A stretch of DNA of 64,000 nt from Candidatus Multivoradales bacterium (GTDB lineage: Bacteria > Acidobacteriota > Thermoanaerobaculia > Multivoradales > J023): positions 2,784,001-2,848,000 of the forward strand of contig CBDFLE010000006.1 of NCBI GenBank assembly GCA_965248925.1, in the 5' to 3' direction. Below are positions 49,371-59,482 of the stretch, one piece after another. Within the stretch, counting starts at the first letter, position 1. Each line of letters opens with the position of its first letter. Under the pieces are notes generated by a model. It worked only from the letters and a program-made list of their open reading frames with translations. It was not told the DNA's origin and made no database searches. The translations under genes were made by a program, and so were the position numbers.

Positions 49371-50954
49371 TCAGGGCTCGTCGCCGGCTTTCTCGCTCAA
49401 TGCTGGAAAACGACACCACGGGGTGCGCAGCACGGCCAGCTCGTCTCCGGCCATGGTTACGTTGTCGGGTACCGGAAAGCTGGCCAGGCGCTCGAAGTCC
49501 GGTTGGCCAGCGGTGAGTCGGGGGTAGGAGCTGGGAAACACCACCAGATAGTCAGGTTGTTGCTCGGCCAGAAAACGGGCCAGCCGCTCTTCCCAATGGA
49601 CCTTGGCCAACTCGCCGTCAGGGTGCAGGTAGGGGCCGACCTCCGGTGAGACGATGCCTGCTAGGTCGAGCACCGGGTTGGGCAGGTAGTACTTTAAGGC
49701 GCCGATATCTTGGACCGCCAACAACGCCTCCGGGTCGACCCGCTGGGCCAACCAGTGGGCGGCTTTTACATCGCTAGCGCGGACATTGGCGAGGGTCTGC
49801 ACGTAGCGCTCCATACCCTGCACCAGGCTCCAGAACTGCGGCATCAGCACGGCCGCCACCACCAATCCCCGCAACGGCAGCCGGCGTCCCGCCAAGTGGA
49901 GGTTGGACCAAGCGGCCCAGGCGCGTTGCAGGCCGACTGCGCCGAGCACCGCGGTGAGCGGCAGTAAGGGGAAGAAGTAGCGGCCAAAATTGCCCACTAG
50001 CACCGGCTCTCCCGCGGCACTGAGCAGCGAGTAAGCGAGCGGCAGGCCGAGTAGCCACATCGCCGGCAACAGTCCGCGGCTACGCTCGCTGCCGAGGCGT
50101 TCGGCCAGAACCAGCACGCCGGCGCCAGCGAAGATCGTCATCACCGGTTGCGAGTCGAACAGGATTCCCAGCACGGTTCTGAGATACCGCAGGCTGGGCA
50201 GCAGGTCGCCGGAGGCGCTGGCCTTGACGCCGAAGGTGCTAGGCAGTGGCGAACCGCCCACCCAGGTATAGAAGAGCGCTACCGGCAGTACCACCAGCGC
50301 CGCCAAGCCAACCGCGTAAGGCAAGCCGCGGAGCGGCTTCTCGCGCTGGCCGTGGAGGCTCTTGGCGAGCCAGCGATCGATCACGGCCAGCAGCCACAGC
50401 AGGGCGCCTTCGGGCCGTGCCAGGGTAGCCGCGGCCAGCACTACCAGGCTGGCTCGGGGGCGGCTCGCTTGGCGCAGCTCGCGCAGATGCAGGATCATGC
50501 CCCAGAGGCTCAGACAGATGAAGAGCGAGACTTCCATGGCCGACAACGCCGACCAGACCAGCCAAGATGAACTGGCGGTCACCGCGGCTGCCAGCCAACA
50601 AAGGCCACGGGCCAAGCCCAGCTCGCGCGCCAGTTTGGCGGTGGCGTCGACCGCCGCCAGTTGTAGGGCGATGCCGAGGGTCTTGGCCCACAGCAGTGGG
50701 CTGCCGGGCATCAAGAAGCCGAGGGTCAGGAGAGCGGTCCACAGAGGGGCGGTCGAACCGGTGACCCACTGACCGTCGTTGTAGGCTAAGCCCTGGCCGG
50801 CGGCCATTTGGCGGGCAAACTGGAGGTGGATCCAGCTATCGTCCAAAGGCAGGCCGAACTCGCCGCCGAAGACGTAGAGTTCGCTGGCCAGGTAGCAGGC
50901 GCAGGCCAAGGCGGCAAACGCCAGCGGTAGCACCGAGGGTCTTGTTCGGCTCAT
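49371..50954 (-). CDS. GT-C-type membrane glycosyltransferase (arabinofuranosyltransferase-like)
   Basis: LDDSWIH, GSTAPLW, ARPEG, DIGALKYY...DLAGIV. Confidence 0.7.
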   Translation of the reverse strand: MSRTRPSVLPLAFAALACACYLASELYVFGGEFGLPLDDSWIHLQFARQMAAGQGLAYNDGQWVTGSTAPLWTALLTLGFLMPGSPLLWAKTLGIALQLAAVDATAKLARELGLARGLCWLAAAVTASSSWLVWSALSAMEVSLFICLSLWGMILHLRELRQASRPRASLVVLAAATLARPEGALLWLLAVIDRWLAKSLHGQREKPLRGLPYAVGLAALVVLPVALFYTWVGGSPLPSTFGVKASASGDLLPSLRYLRTVLGILFDSQPVMTIFAGAGVLVLAERLGSERSRGLLPAMWLLGLPLAYSLLSAAGEPVLVGNFGRYFFPLLPLTAVLGAVGLQRAWAAWSNLHLAGRRLPLRGLVVAAVLMPQFWSLVQGMERYVQTLANVRASDVKAAHWLAQRVDPEALLAVQDIGALKYYLPNPVLDLAGIVSPEVGPYLHPDGELAKVHWEERLARFLAEQQPDYLVVFPSSYPRLTAGQPDFERLASFPVPDNVTMAGDELAVLRTPWCRFPALSEKAGDEP

Positions 50955-51027
50955 CGTGTGGGGGCGCCAGATCGCTGGTTCAAGAGGGTTGAGTTCACTG
51001 CTCTGGATGCTAACATCCACCCCCCTT

Positions 51028-52488
51028 ATGTGGCGCAAACCTCTTCTTCGTTGGAACAAAGTAGTAGCTCGCAGCGTGCTTTACGGCTCGGCGGCGATTC
51101 TGCTGGTGCTGTTGATCTGGGGGCCTGGTTGGGTGCGCCAGGCCAATCGGATTGGCATCGCTGTTGAATGGCGCAACACGGATTGGGAGGCTCTCGAGTC
51201 GGTGCAGTGGTTTCGCGATTTTCTGCGCATCGACAGCAGTGCTCCGGACGGCAATGAGGTGCCCGCGGCCGAGTTCTTGGCGCGCCAGCTGGAAGCGGCT
51301 GGCATCCCGGCCCATGTCGAGCGCATTGGCGACCGCAATGCCAACCTGTGGGCGATTATCGAAGGTGAGGAGCGCGGCGCGTTGGTGTTGCACAATCACC
51401 TGGATGTCGACCCAATCCGCTTTCCTGAACAGTGGTCCCACGAGCCCTTTGGAGCCGAGATCGAAGGTCCGTGGGTATTCGGTCGTGGTGCCTTCGATAT
51501 GAAGAGCGTCACCATTGCCCAGTTGAAGGCGATGATCGAGTTCAAGCGTGGTGGCCGCAAGCCGCAGCGCAGCGTCATTTTCCTCGCCACCGGCGATGAG
51601 GAAACCGGCAGCTGGTTGGGCACTCGTTGGATGCTTCGCAATCATCCGCGGCTGGTCGAGCGTTTTGAGCTGGTCTTGACTGAAGGTGGCGCGGTCGAAG
51701 CGACCGATTCCGCGGAGGTCGTCTATTGGGGAACAGAGTTTGCTCAGCGCCGCTACGTCGAGGTCTTCTTCTGCCATAGCAGTCGAGAACGCCTCGAAGG
51801 CATGAGAGTTGCGCTGGAGAGCTATGACTCGGAGCAGCTCAAATGGCGCCTGATACCGACGGTCGAGCAGTTCTTTGCGGTCTATGGTGAGCATCGCAGA
51901 TTTGCCCATCAGAGGGCGATCTTGAGAGATCCACGGGCCGCTTTCGCGACCCTCGGTTTCGACACCCTGCCACCCTACTTGCGGTCCATGTTACGCAATG
52001 AGGCCTATCCCTTTCCCATAGAGCAGCTGGATGATGGCAGTTTCGAACTGCGAGTCATCCTGCATTTGCTGCCCGGTGTCGAACTGCATGAGGCCTGGGA
52101 GCAGCTGTTGCCAGAGTGGATCGTCGAAGATTTGCCGCGGCGCATCGAAGAACCCCATCCCGTGCAGATTCCGAGTGGCGCTGATCACCCCCTCTTCGAG
52201 ATGCTCGAAGGGATGATTGAAGAGCGTTGGCCGGGCACCGCCAATGGCCCGCTGTTCGTGCCGCGCAATGCCACTGACGCGCGCTTCTTTCGCAGCGCTG
52301 GTATTCCCGCCTTTGGCTTCTCGCCGTTCCTGATCCTGTCGGTCGATACCCTACAGATGACCGGTGCCAACGAGCGCATGGCCTTGCCGGCCTTCGCCGA
52401 CGGGGTAGAGATGTACGTGGAGCTGGTACGCCGATTGGCCGCGGGCGAAGATCGATCGATAGCCGCCCAGCGGGCCAAATCCCAGTAG
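51028..52488 (+). CDS. Membrane-anchored M20 family peptidase/amidohydrolase
   Basis: HNHLDVDP, GRGAFDMK, DEETG, EGG, TDARFFR; N-terminal TM; start uncertain. Confidence 0.85.
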   Translation: MWRKPLLRWNKVVARSVLYGSAAILLVLLIWGPGWVRQANRIGIAVEWRNTDWEALESVQWFRDFLRIDSSAPDGNEVPAAEFLARQLEAAGIPAHVERIGDRNANLWAIIEGEERGALVLHNHLDVDPIRFPEQWSHEPFGAEIEGPWVFGRGAFDMKSVTIAQLKAMIEFKRGGRKPQRSVIFLATGDEETGSWLGTRWMLRNHPRLVERFELVLTEGGAVEATDSAEVVYWGTEFAQRRYVEVFFCHSSRERLEGMRVALESYDSEQLKWRLIPTVEQFFAVYGEHRRFAHQRAILRDPRAAFATLGFDTLPPYLRSMLRNEAYPFPIEQLDDGSFELRVILHLLPGVELHEAWEQLLPEWIVEDLPRRIEEPHPVQIPSGADHPLFEMLEGMIEERWPGTANGPLFVPRNATDARFFRSAGIPAFGFSPFLILSVDTLQMTGANERMALPAFADGVEMYVELVRRLAAGEDRSIAAQRAKSQ

Positions 52489-52647
52489 CTCACCCACGGC
52501 TGCGAATCTCAGCAGGGAGTATTTCTGCTGCCAACAATGACAAATAGTGTCGGTCAGAGGCTTTGCTGGTGCCGCGAATTGTTCTTGTCTTGTGGGTAGG
52601 GAGAATCGCAGGCCCTAGATCTGGGGTCTGCCGCCAATCGTAGGACT

Positions 52648-52663
52648 TGGCACGATCGATGCA
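52648..52663 (+). promoter_or_regulatory. Sigma54 promoter of pilin gene
   Basis: TGGCAC-GATCG-ATGCA, GG-N10-GC. Confidence 0.7.
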
Positions 52664-52725
52664 AGAGGGTCAGAAGTAGCTCTTGTGGAATGCTTTTGCG
52701 AGAGTTCGCCAGAAGGAGAAGGCTT

Positions 52726-53262
52726 ATGATGTTTCGCAACCGCCAACGGGGTTTCACCCTGATCGAGTTGCTCATTGTTATCGCGATCATCGGCATCATC
52801 GCCGCGATTCTGATCCCCAACCTGCTGGACGCCCTCCAGAAGGCGAAACAGAAGCGGACGGTCGCGGACGAACGTAACGTAGGTACGGCGCTGATGTCGT
52901 ACATCATCGACGAGGTGGGTGCCGCCTCAGCTGGTGCGACCAAGATCTACCAGGGCTCGACCCACACCGCTCAAACCTACTCGGCGGTCTACCAGATACT
53001 TCACCCGAGCAACACTTTCTTCTATATGCAGGAAGTGGCTCAGTTCGATGGTTGGGGCTACGACCTCACCTTCGCGCTGGCTAGCAACTTCGTGCAGTCC
53101 GCGGTTGTGGCGGTGTGCAGTGGCGGCCGTGACGCTGGCCAGGCGGGTATTACCTGCAATGCAGACCACGACGTCTACCCGTTCCCCACCACCGACTACG
53201 ACCAGGACATCATCTGGGCCGACGGTTACTTCGTACGGTGGCCCGACAAGGTCGCCAATTAA
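52726..53262 (+). CDS. pilA: Major type IV pilin
   Basis: QRG|FTLIELLIVIAIIGIIAAILIP; AAGGAG RBS; own promoter and terminator; two C-terminal Cys. Confidence 0.85.
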   Translation: MMFRNRQRGFTLIELLIVIAIIGIIAAILIPNLLDALQKAKQKRTVADERNVGTALMSYIIDEVGAASAGATKIYQGSTHTAQTYSAVYQILHPSNTFFYMQEVAQFDGWGYDLTFALASNFVQSAVVAVCSGGRDAGQAGITCNADHDVYPFPTTDYDQDIIWADGYFVRWPDKVAN

Positions 53263-53280
53263 GTCCGAGCTAGTTGGCTA

Positions 53281-53308
53281 AAGGCGCCGCTTTCAAGCGG
53301 CGCCTTTT
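53281..53308 (+). terminator. Intrinsic terminator after pilin
   Basis: AAAGGCGCCGCT-ttca-AGCGGCGCCTTTT. Confidence 0.85.
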
Positions 53309-53345
53309 CCAATTCTAGGGATGTTCGACGTAGAATCGAGCCATC

Positions 53346-54143
53346 TTGTCGAGTTCACTACCCGTCCTCGGTCCGCTACTGCTCGCCTATGCCGGCTTTG
53401 CCGGAGTGGTGATTGGCAGCTATCTGAACGTTGTCGTTTACCGTCTGCCGCGCAGTCACTCCACCGTGCTGCCACGCTCGCGTTGCCCCCACTGCGATGC
53501 TCTGATCAGCGCCCGCGACAACATTCCCGTTCTCAGTTTCCTCTTGCTGCGCGGCAAATGCCGTAGCTGCGCGGCACCGATCTCTTGGCGCTATCCAGCC
53601 GTGGAGCTGCTGACTGGCGGGCTCTTCATGACGGTTTTGCTGCGCTTTGGCTGGTCAGTCGAGAGCCTGGTTGTGGCGGCTTTCTGTGCCGCGATGTTGG
53701 TGTTAGCGCTGATTGACGCAGAGCACTACCTGCTACCTGATGCGATCACCCTGCCGGGGATTGTCCTGGGGCTGGCATTGCAGCACTGGTTGCCGTGGTC
53801 TAGCTTGGGTCAAGCATTGATCGGTGCATTCCTGGTCGCTGGCACCCTGTTGGCGCTGACCTTGGCCTGGCGCGCTCTGCGCGGGGTGGACGGTCTCGGT
53901 CTTGGTGACGTCAAGATGCTAGCGTTGGTGGGCGCCTTCTTCGGCTGGCGGGGAGCCATGGCCACCCTGTTGGTGGCGGCATTGGTAGGTTCGACCTTCG
54001 GTTTAGCGATGATGGCGCGAGGACGCATGAGGCTTGACTCGAGACTACCGTTCGGCCTGTTCCTCGCCCTTGCTGCCGTGTTGGTGTTGTTTTGGGGCCT
54101 GCCGCTCGAGCCGCGAGCCGCCAGTTGGGCCGGGCTACCTTGA
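53346..54143 (+). CDS. pilD: Prepilin peptidase
   Basis: GSYLNVVVYRLP, CPHC/CRSC, ISWRYPAVE, LID, GLGDVKM, PFG. Confidence 0.95.
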   Translation: MSSSLPVLGPLLLAYAGFAGVVIGSYLNVVVYRLPRSHSTVLPRSRCPHCDALISARDNIPVLSFLLLRGKCRSCAAPISWRYPAVELLTGGLFMTVLLRFGWSVESLVVAAFCAAMLVLALIDAEHYLLPDAITLPGIVLGLALQHWLPWSSLGQALIGAFLVAGTLLALTLAWRALRGVDGLGLGDVKMLALVGAFFGWRGAMATLLVAALVGSTFGLAMMARGRMRLDSRLPFGLFLALAAVLVLFWGLPLEPRAASWAGLP

Positions 54144-55912
54144 GCGCGCCGTCACCCAGTGCGCGGAGTGAACGCTGGCGCCGCCTTGGGTTTCGCCACG
54201 ACAGCCTGATCCTGCTGCCAGCGGCCTTGCTGACTCTGGCGGCTCTTTCGACTTTCTTACTATTTGCCTATCGCAGCACCGTCGAATTGCTGATCGAGCA
54301 ACGCCAGGCGGAAGCCGACCTGCTCGCTCGGCAGGTGGCCGCTAGCGGCGGTGGCGGCCGCTCGGCGATCGAGCGCCTGATTCGTCTCGCCCCGCAGGCC
54401 CGAGGCGTCGCGGTGGTGGATGAGAAAGGACGGATCATTGTTTCTTATGGCGATGTGGCGACCGCTTCGTCGGTCGGGGAGGATCGCCGTCTCTTTACCT
54501 GGTGGGGCGTCGCGCCCGAGTTGCCCGGCGTGGTGCGAGGCCGGGCGAGGCGGCAGACCGCAGCTGGCAGTCAGCAGATTTGGATCGACCTGCCAGCTGC
54601 GATTTTGCACTCCCGGGTCCGTAGCCTGGCGATCTTGACCTGGGTGGTTCTGGGCACCAGCGCGGCGGTGGTGTTGTTGGCGCTGATCTCTCTGCGCCAC
54701 CTGCTGAGCCCCATCGAGAAGCTAATCGAAGGCGCACGCGATCTTGGCCAAACGCCCGAGGACGACGAGGTCAGCTTCTTGCTCCATGCTTTTGAGCGCG
54801 CCACGCAACTGCTGACAGATCGCGAGCAAGCGCGTGAGACCGAGGAGATGGAAGTCATCGAGCGCACTTTGGCCCGCAGTCTAGAGAGCGGCGTGATGTT
54901 GCTCGATCGCCAGGCACGGGTGCTGTCCCTGAATACCATCGGCGCTGCCTTCCTGGGAGTAGCGGAGCCGGCAACCGCGGGAATCCCGGTCCGCGACCTG
55001 CTGGCGGTTCATCCAGAGCTGCTCGAGAAGGTTTATGACAGCAGCCTGCGAGGACGGGCGTTGAAGCGCTTGGAGTGCAGCCTGGAAGTCGCCGGGGAAA
55101 GCCGTACCCTGGGCTTCAGTCTGCATCCGCTGCGCCGCGATGACGGCTCCTTCCGCGGCACCTTGATGCTCTTCGCCGATCTCACTGCCAGTCAGCAGGA
55201 AAGCGAGCGCCGATTGCTGGCCGAGAACCTGGCTCGGGTGGGCGAGATGGCGGCCGGCATTGCTCACGAGATGCGCAACAGCTTGGCCACCCTGGGAGGG
55301 TACCTAACCCTGGTGGAGCGTGGTGGCGAGGCTGAATCGATGGCGGATTACGTGCGAGAGATCCGGCATGAGACCGACCATATTCAACGGGTGGTGGAAG
55401 ATTTTCTGTCTTTTGCTCGACCTGGAACCGCGCGCATGGAGCGGCTAGATCTCGAGCCGCTGTTGCATCGTGCCGCGGTCGATCCGGCGTTGGCTGGATT
55501 TCCGGTGCGGGTTCGTCGGCAGCAGGAAGAGACCCTGCCGTGGGTCGATGGCGACCCCCAGCTGCTCGAGCGGGCCCTGCGAAACCTGCTGCACAACGCC
55601 GTTCGAGCGCAGCGTGAAAACTGCTGTAAGGAGCCGCTGCTGGTGACCTTGGAAGTTGTTGCAGAGCAGTTGGTGGTGAACATCGAAGATCGCGGTGTCG
55701 GTCTCAGCGAAGAGGTGCGCGTTCGTCTCTTCCATCCCTTTTCCTCCGGCCACCCACAAGGAGTTGGATTGGGCCTGGCGCTTACCCATCGGATCGTCGA
55801 GCTGCACGGGGGCACGGTGTCTCTCGAGGATAGGGCAGGTGGTGGCACCCGGGCCAGAGTTGCCCTGCCGGTTGTCAAGATTGTTACGAAAGGTAGCAAA
55901 AACGCACTCTAG
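54140..55912 (+). CDS. PilS-like sensor histidine kinase
   Basis: Two TMs, PAS-like region, AGIAHEMRN, NLLHNA, DRGVG, GVGLGL. Confidence 0.9.
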   Translation: MSAPSPSARSERWRRLGFRHDSLILLPAALLTLAALSTFLLFAYRSTVELLIEQRQAEADLLARQVAASGGGGRSAIERLIRLAPQARGVAVVDEKGRIIVSYGDVATASSVGEDRRLFTWWGVAPELPGVVRGRARRQTAAGSQQIWIDLPAAILHSRVRSLAILTWVVLGTSAAVVLLALISLRHLLSPIEKLIEGARDLGQTPEDDEVSFLLHAFERATQLLTDREQARETEEMEVIERTLARSLESGVMLLDRQARVLSLNTIGAAFLGVAEPATAGIPVRDLLAVHPELLEKVYDSSLRGRALKRLECSLEVAGESRTLGFSLHPLRRDDGSFRGTLMLFADLTASQQESERRLLAENLARVGEMAAGIAHEMRNSLATLGGYLTLVERGGEAESMADYVREIRHETDHIQRVVEDFLSFARPGTARMERLDLEPLLHRAAVDPALAGFPVRVRRQQEETLPWVDGDPQLLERALRNLLHNAVRAQRENCCKEPLLVTLEVVAEQLVVNIEDRGVGLSEEVRVRLFHPFSSGHPQGVGLGLALTHRIVELHGGTVSLEDRAGGGTRARVALPVVKIVTKGSKNAL

Positions 55913-55996
55913 GGAAATCTGGAAACGATCTACTAACTATCGCTTAAAGACTGTAAATAAATGGCTTGTGCTTGCCTCCGCAAGTGGGTTGGCGAA

Positions 55997-56012
55997 TGGC
56001 ACGAGCATTGCT
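55997..56012 (+). promoter_or_regulatory. Sigma54 promoter of minor pilin operon
   Basis: TGGCAC-GAGCA-TTGCT, consensus match. Confidence 0.75.
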
Positions 56013-56027
56013 CTACCAGGAAGTGCG

Positions 56028-56738
56028 ATGCAAATTCGAAAAGGACATCACCCCGAAAAGGGGTTCAATCTGTTGGAGCTGTTGGTAGTGCTGGCGGTGG
56101 CCGGCATCGTGCTCGTGACGGTGTTCCGTTTCTTCGACAACTGGCGTCCGGTTTTCCAGCTCGAAAGCGCTACCCGGCGGGCCTCGGCACTGATCGCCAG
56201 GGCGCGGTTGGAGGCCTTGCGGCGCAACACCACGGCGGTGATCGAAGCGGACATCGTCAACGGCACCTTCTTCGCCTATGCCGACATCAATGGCAATTCG
56301 AGCCCGGCTTCGCCCGAATTCTCCAGTTATCTGGTTTTCGATCCGACAGATGCAGACCTGTCCGAGCGCCGCTTGGACGACTATTTGATTGGCGAAGCGA
56401 CAATCCCGGCGGGGGTCTTTTTCGGCGATCCGACCAATGGCATCCATGGGGTCGACTCGGTTTGGAAGCTGACCCCTCGCCCTGCCCACGCCGACCCAGG
56501 CGCCAACCTCATGGTTTTCGATCCGAGTGGCCGACTGCTGGATATCGGCACCTATCGATTCACTCGCCTGAACGACAACCACTTGGAAGTTGCCGTGACC
56601 TCTGTGGGTGGCGCGGTTGAGATTCGCAAGTTCTTGAAGATGGCTGATCGGCCCACCAACGGTGTTGACGAAAACGAAGGTTTCTTTGCCCGCGGCAACA
56701 TCGATGGAAATAGCAATCAGATCTGGGTTTGGTATTGA
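56028..56738 (+). CDS. FimT/FimU-like minor pilin
   Basis: KG|FNLLELLVV; ARARLEALRRN. Confidence 0.85.
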   Translation: MQIRKGHHPEKGFNLLELLVVLAVAGIVLVTVFRFFDNWRPVFQLESATRRASALIARARLEALRRNTTAVIEADIVNGTFFAYADINGNSSPASPEFSSYLVFDPTDADLSERRLDDYLIGEATIPAGVFFGDPTNGIHGVDSVWKLTPRPAHADPGANLMVFDPSGRLLDIGTYRFTRLNDNHLEVAVTSVGGAVEIRKFLKMADRPTNGVDENEGFFARGNIDGNSNQIWVWY

Positions 56739-56772
56739 GCCGATGAGCCTGGACGACGAGGAGAAATCCACT

Positions 56773-57456
56773 ATGTCTTCTATCCCCCAAGCCAAAGTCC
56801 GGCGTCGAGACCGGCGGCGCTCGCTGCCCACCGCGGCAGGCGTCACGCTGATTGAGACGCTGGTTGCCGCCGCCTTGTTGTTGGTCGTTGCGGTCATGCT
56901 GTTGCCGATGTTCATCCAGTCGACACTGAACAACGTCAAAGGTGCCGACTCCACCGAGATGACAAACTTCTCCGTCGCCGCGATGGAGGAATTCTGGCAG
57001 CTGTCGATCGATGAAGAAGAGTTCAAGATGGGTGATGCCGAGACCGGCGATATCGAGGCCATCCCCGATACCATCCCCGAGTTCTCCCTCACCACCGCAG
57101 AGCAGCTAGTGTTGCGACAAGAGGTCTGGCGTCTCTCGGCCAAGACCGCTTCTTTGGAGCATTTCAAGCTCAACGACGGGGCTTGGATCGAGGCCAGGGA
57201 CTTCGTGGAAGACGACGATGTCTTCCGCCGCAAAGTGGTCATGCGCCAGTTTCGCTACGGCGATATTTTCGACGGTTTGCTGAGCATCGATGGCTCGACG
57301 ATCATCACCGAGGGCGACCCGTTCCTGTTTGACAGCCCCTTGGCCAACGGCACCCGCGAAGAAGCAATCCAGCTGCGCGAGCTGGAGGTCGAGATAGAGA
57401 GCGCCCGACAGCCTGGCAAGGGCACCCAGCGGCAACGCCTGTTCCGGATTTTCTAA
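56773..57456 (+). CDS. PilV-like minor pilin
   Basis: AG|VTLIETLVA; operon position. Confidence 0.75.
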   Translation: MSSIPQAKVRRRDRRRSLPTAAGVTLIETLVAAALLLVVAVMLLPMFIQSTLNNVKGADSTEMTNFSVAAMEEFWQLSIDEEEFKMGDAETGDIEAIPDTIPEFSLTTAEQLVLRQEVWRLSAKTASLEHFKLNDGAWIEARDFVEDDDVFRRKVVMRQFRYGDIFDGLLSIDGSTIITEGDPFLFDSPLANGTREEAIQLRELEVEIESARQPGKGTQRQRLFRIF

Positions 57457-57466
57457 AGGGGTCAGC

Positions 57467-58876
57467 ATGCTCGACAAACTCATTCATCCGTCAACCTTTG
57501 TGGGTCGCGCCAGCCACCTGCCGCGGCGCGGGTTCAGCCTTATCGAGACCCTGGTGGCCTTGGTGGTGATGGTGCAAGTAGCGTTCGCCATCATGGTGCT
57601 GTTCAACCAGACCAATAACCTGTCGCGAGCGCAGAACAATGTCGCGATGATGCAGCAGCAGCATCGCATGGCCCAACATGAGATCGCCACATTCACCCGC
57701 ATGGCTGGAGCCGGCGGCTTGCCCCAGGGAGTGCCAGTGCAGATTGCTGCCACCGGTGGCTATGAGATTCACCAGCCCGGTGCGACCAACAGCCTTGGTG
57801 CCGCGCCGCGAGGTCTCGGGGTTGCCGTGATCAATAACATGGCGGTTTCTCAGCGGGCTTACACCGCTGCCGGTCCCATGGTTCGCAACTTCATCCAACC
57901 GGGCACCGATGTACTAGTTCTGCGCGGTCAGATTTCTGAGCAGACCTATTACGTCAACTCGCAACAGCTGGTCGATGGCGATGGTGACGGCACTTTCTTG
58001 GTGCAAATTCCCACCGCCAGTCCCGGTGGCGTGCCGCAAGATTTAGAAGGGCTCCGTTCGACTCTGGCCGAGGTGCTGTCGAGCGGCGATGCCTATCCCG
58101 AAGCGATCATCATTCGCGACACCCAGAACCCTTCCGCCTACGCGGTCATGCAGTTAGACCTCGGCAACTCAACCGTCGGCACGGTGGGTCAGCCAATGAC
58201 CCTGGGAATCAAATTGGATGGCGCCACGCCCCAGGCCAGGGCCTATGGCCAGCTAACCCGCGGCACTTCCCTACTCCTCGGTTCGGGGGGGGTCACTCTA
58301 AACCCGGGAGAAGGACCGAATGTACAGCTACCGGCCAATGTGGGGGCAATCGGAATTCTCGAAGAATACCGCTACTTCGTGCGCCAGGAGTTCGACATTG
58401 CCGGTGACGACACCAGCCGGCCCACCCCGTCGCTGAGTCGGGCGCGAGTCTATCCCGGCACCAACGTCCTGCATCGCGAAGGCTCGGTGACCATTGCCGA
58501 CAATATCATCGACCTCCAATTGGCACTCGGCGTCGACCACTTGCTCGATGGTCTGGCTGCCGATGGGGTGACCGCGGCGCTCAACGGACTGATCACCGAC
58601 GATGGCAGCGAGACGGATGAAGTGCTCTACAACAATACCGCCGACGTTGATGGCCTCGCCAACCCGCTGGTCAGTCCGTGGGCAGGAAACGGCGCAGCCC
58701 TGGGTTTTCTCCGTTTCAGCACCCTTGCCCAGACCGACCGCATGGACCGACATTTTGCGGTGCCGGAGCTTTCGCCCTTAGAAGATCGGACCTACGATGC
58801 GAGCAGCGACTTGATGAAATACCCGACCCGTAAACGAGTACTTACCACCGTGATCGACTTCAGGAATATCCCGTGA
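57467..58876 (+). CDS. PilW-like minor pilin (469 aa)
   Basis: RG|FSLIETLVAL; TRMAG; IADNIIDLQ. Confidence 0.8.
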   Translation: MLDKLIHPSTFVGRASHLPRRGFSLIETLVALVVMVQVAFAIMVLFNQTNNLSRAQNNVAMMQQQHRMAQHEIATFTRMAGAGGLPQGVPVQIAATGGYEIHQPGATNSLGAAPRGLGVAVINNMAVSQRAYTAAGPMVRNFIQPGTDVLVLRGQISEQTYYVNSQQLVDGDGDGTFLVQIPTASPGGVPQDLEGLRSTLAEVLSSGDAYPEAIIIRDTQNPSAYAVMQLDLGNSTVGTVGQPMTLGIKLDGATPQARAYGQLTRGTSLLLGSGGVTLNPGEGPNVQLPANVGAIGILEEYRYFVRQEFDIAGDDTSRPTPSLSRARVYPGTNVLHREGSVTIADNIIDLQLALGVDHLLDGLAADGVTAALNGLITDDGSETDEVLYNNTADVDGLANPLVSPWAGNGAALGFLRFSTLAQTDRMDRHFAVPELSPLEDRTYDASSDLMKYPTRKRVLTTVIDFRNIP

Positions 58877-59454
58877 ATAAAACCCCCAGCCAACGACACT
58901 CACAGCAGGGTGGTACCTTCATCCTGGTTCTCATGGCCATCTTGGTGTTTACTTTCCTAGGTCTTTCCTTAGCAGTGGTAACTGAGACCGAGATGACTCT
59001 GGGAGCCAACATGCAGAGCATCAATCGTACTTACTTCAGTGCCGAGTCCGGCTTGGCTGCCGCGGTGGCCGCGGTGATGACTACCAACGATTGGTCGGGC
59101 GAGAGCTTCCTGGTCACGGAGCGGGAAATTGGCAATCCCAGTGCGTCCGATAATCTGGTGATCGGCTATCGAGTGCAATCCACTCCCGTAGAACTCATCG
59201 GCCGCTCGCAGCCACCCCTTTCCAATGCCAATTGGGGAGAGCGAACCCACAACACCTTCTTCGTCCGCACGTCGGCGAGCGCCCAGCGCGTCGCTTACCA
59301 GGAATCCGAGGGGGCAAGGGATGTCGTCAATGGCACGACTGCGGGCGACCTGACTTTCGAGTCGCAGCGTGTCGCCACTACCTCCATGCTGCTCTCGCCG
59401 CTCGAAGATCCACCCCTGCAGCAGCTCGATCTCGCCCGCGACGGAGTGCCCTAG
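58873..59454 (+). CDS. PilX-like minor pilin
   Basis: QQG|GTFILVLM with no Glu5; YFSAESGL. Confidence 0.8.
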   Translation: MNKTPSQRHSQQGGTFILVLMAILVFTFLGLSLAVVTETEMTLGANMQSINRTYFSAESGLAAAVAAVMTTNDWSGESFLVTEREIGNPSASDNLVIGYRVQSTPVELIGRSQPPLSNANWGERTHNTFFVRTSASAQRVAYQESEGARDVVNGTTAGDLTFESQRVATTSMLLSPLEDPPLQQLDLARDGVP

Positions 59455-59482
59455 GCGTTATCTAGGAGCGGGAGGAAGAGAG

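Noticed and set aside
55961-55976. Additional sigma54 promoter TGGCTTGTGCTTGC
   Set aside because: GG-GC spacing is 9, not 10
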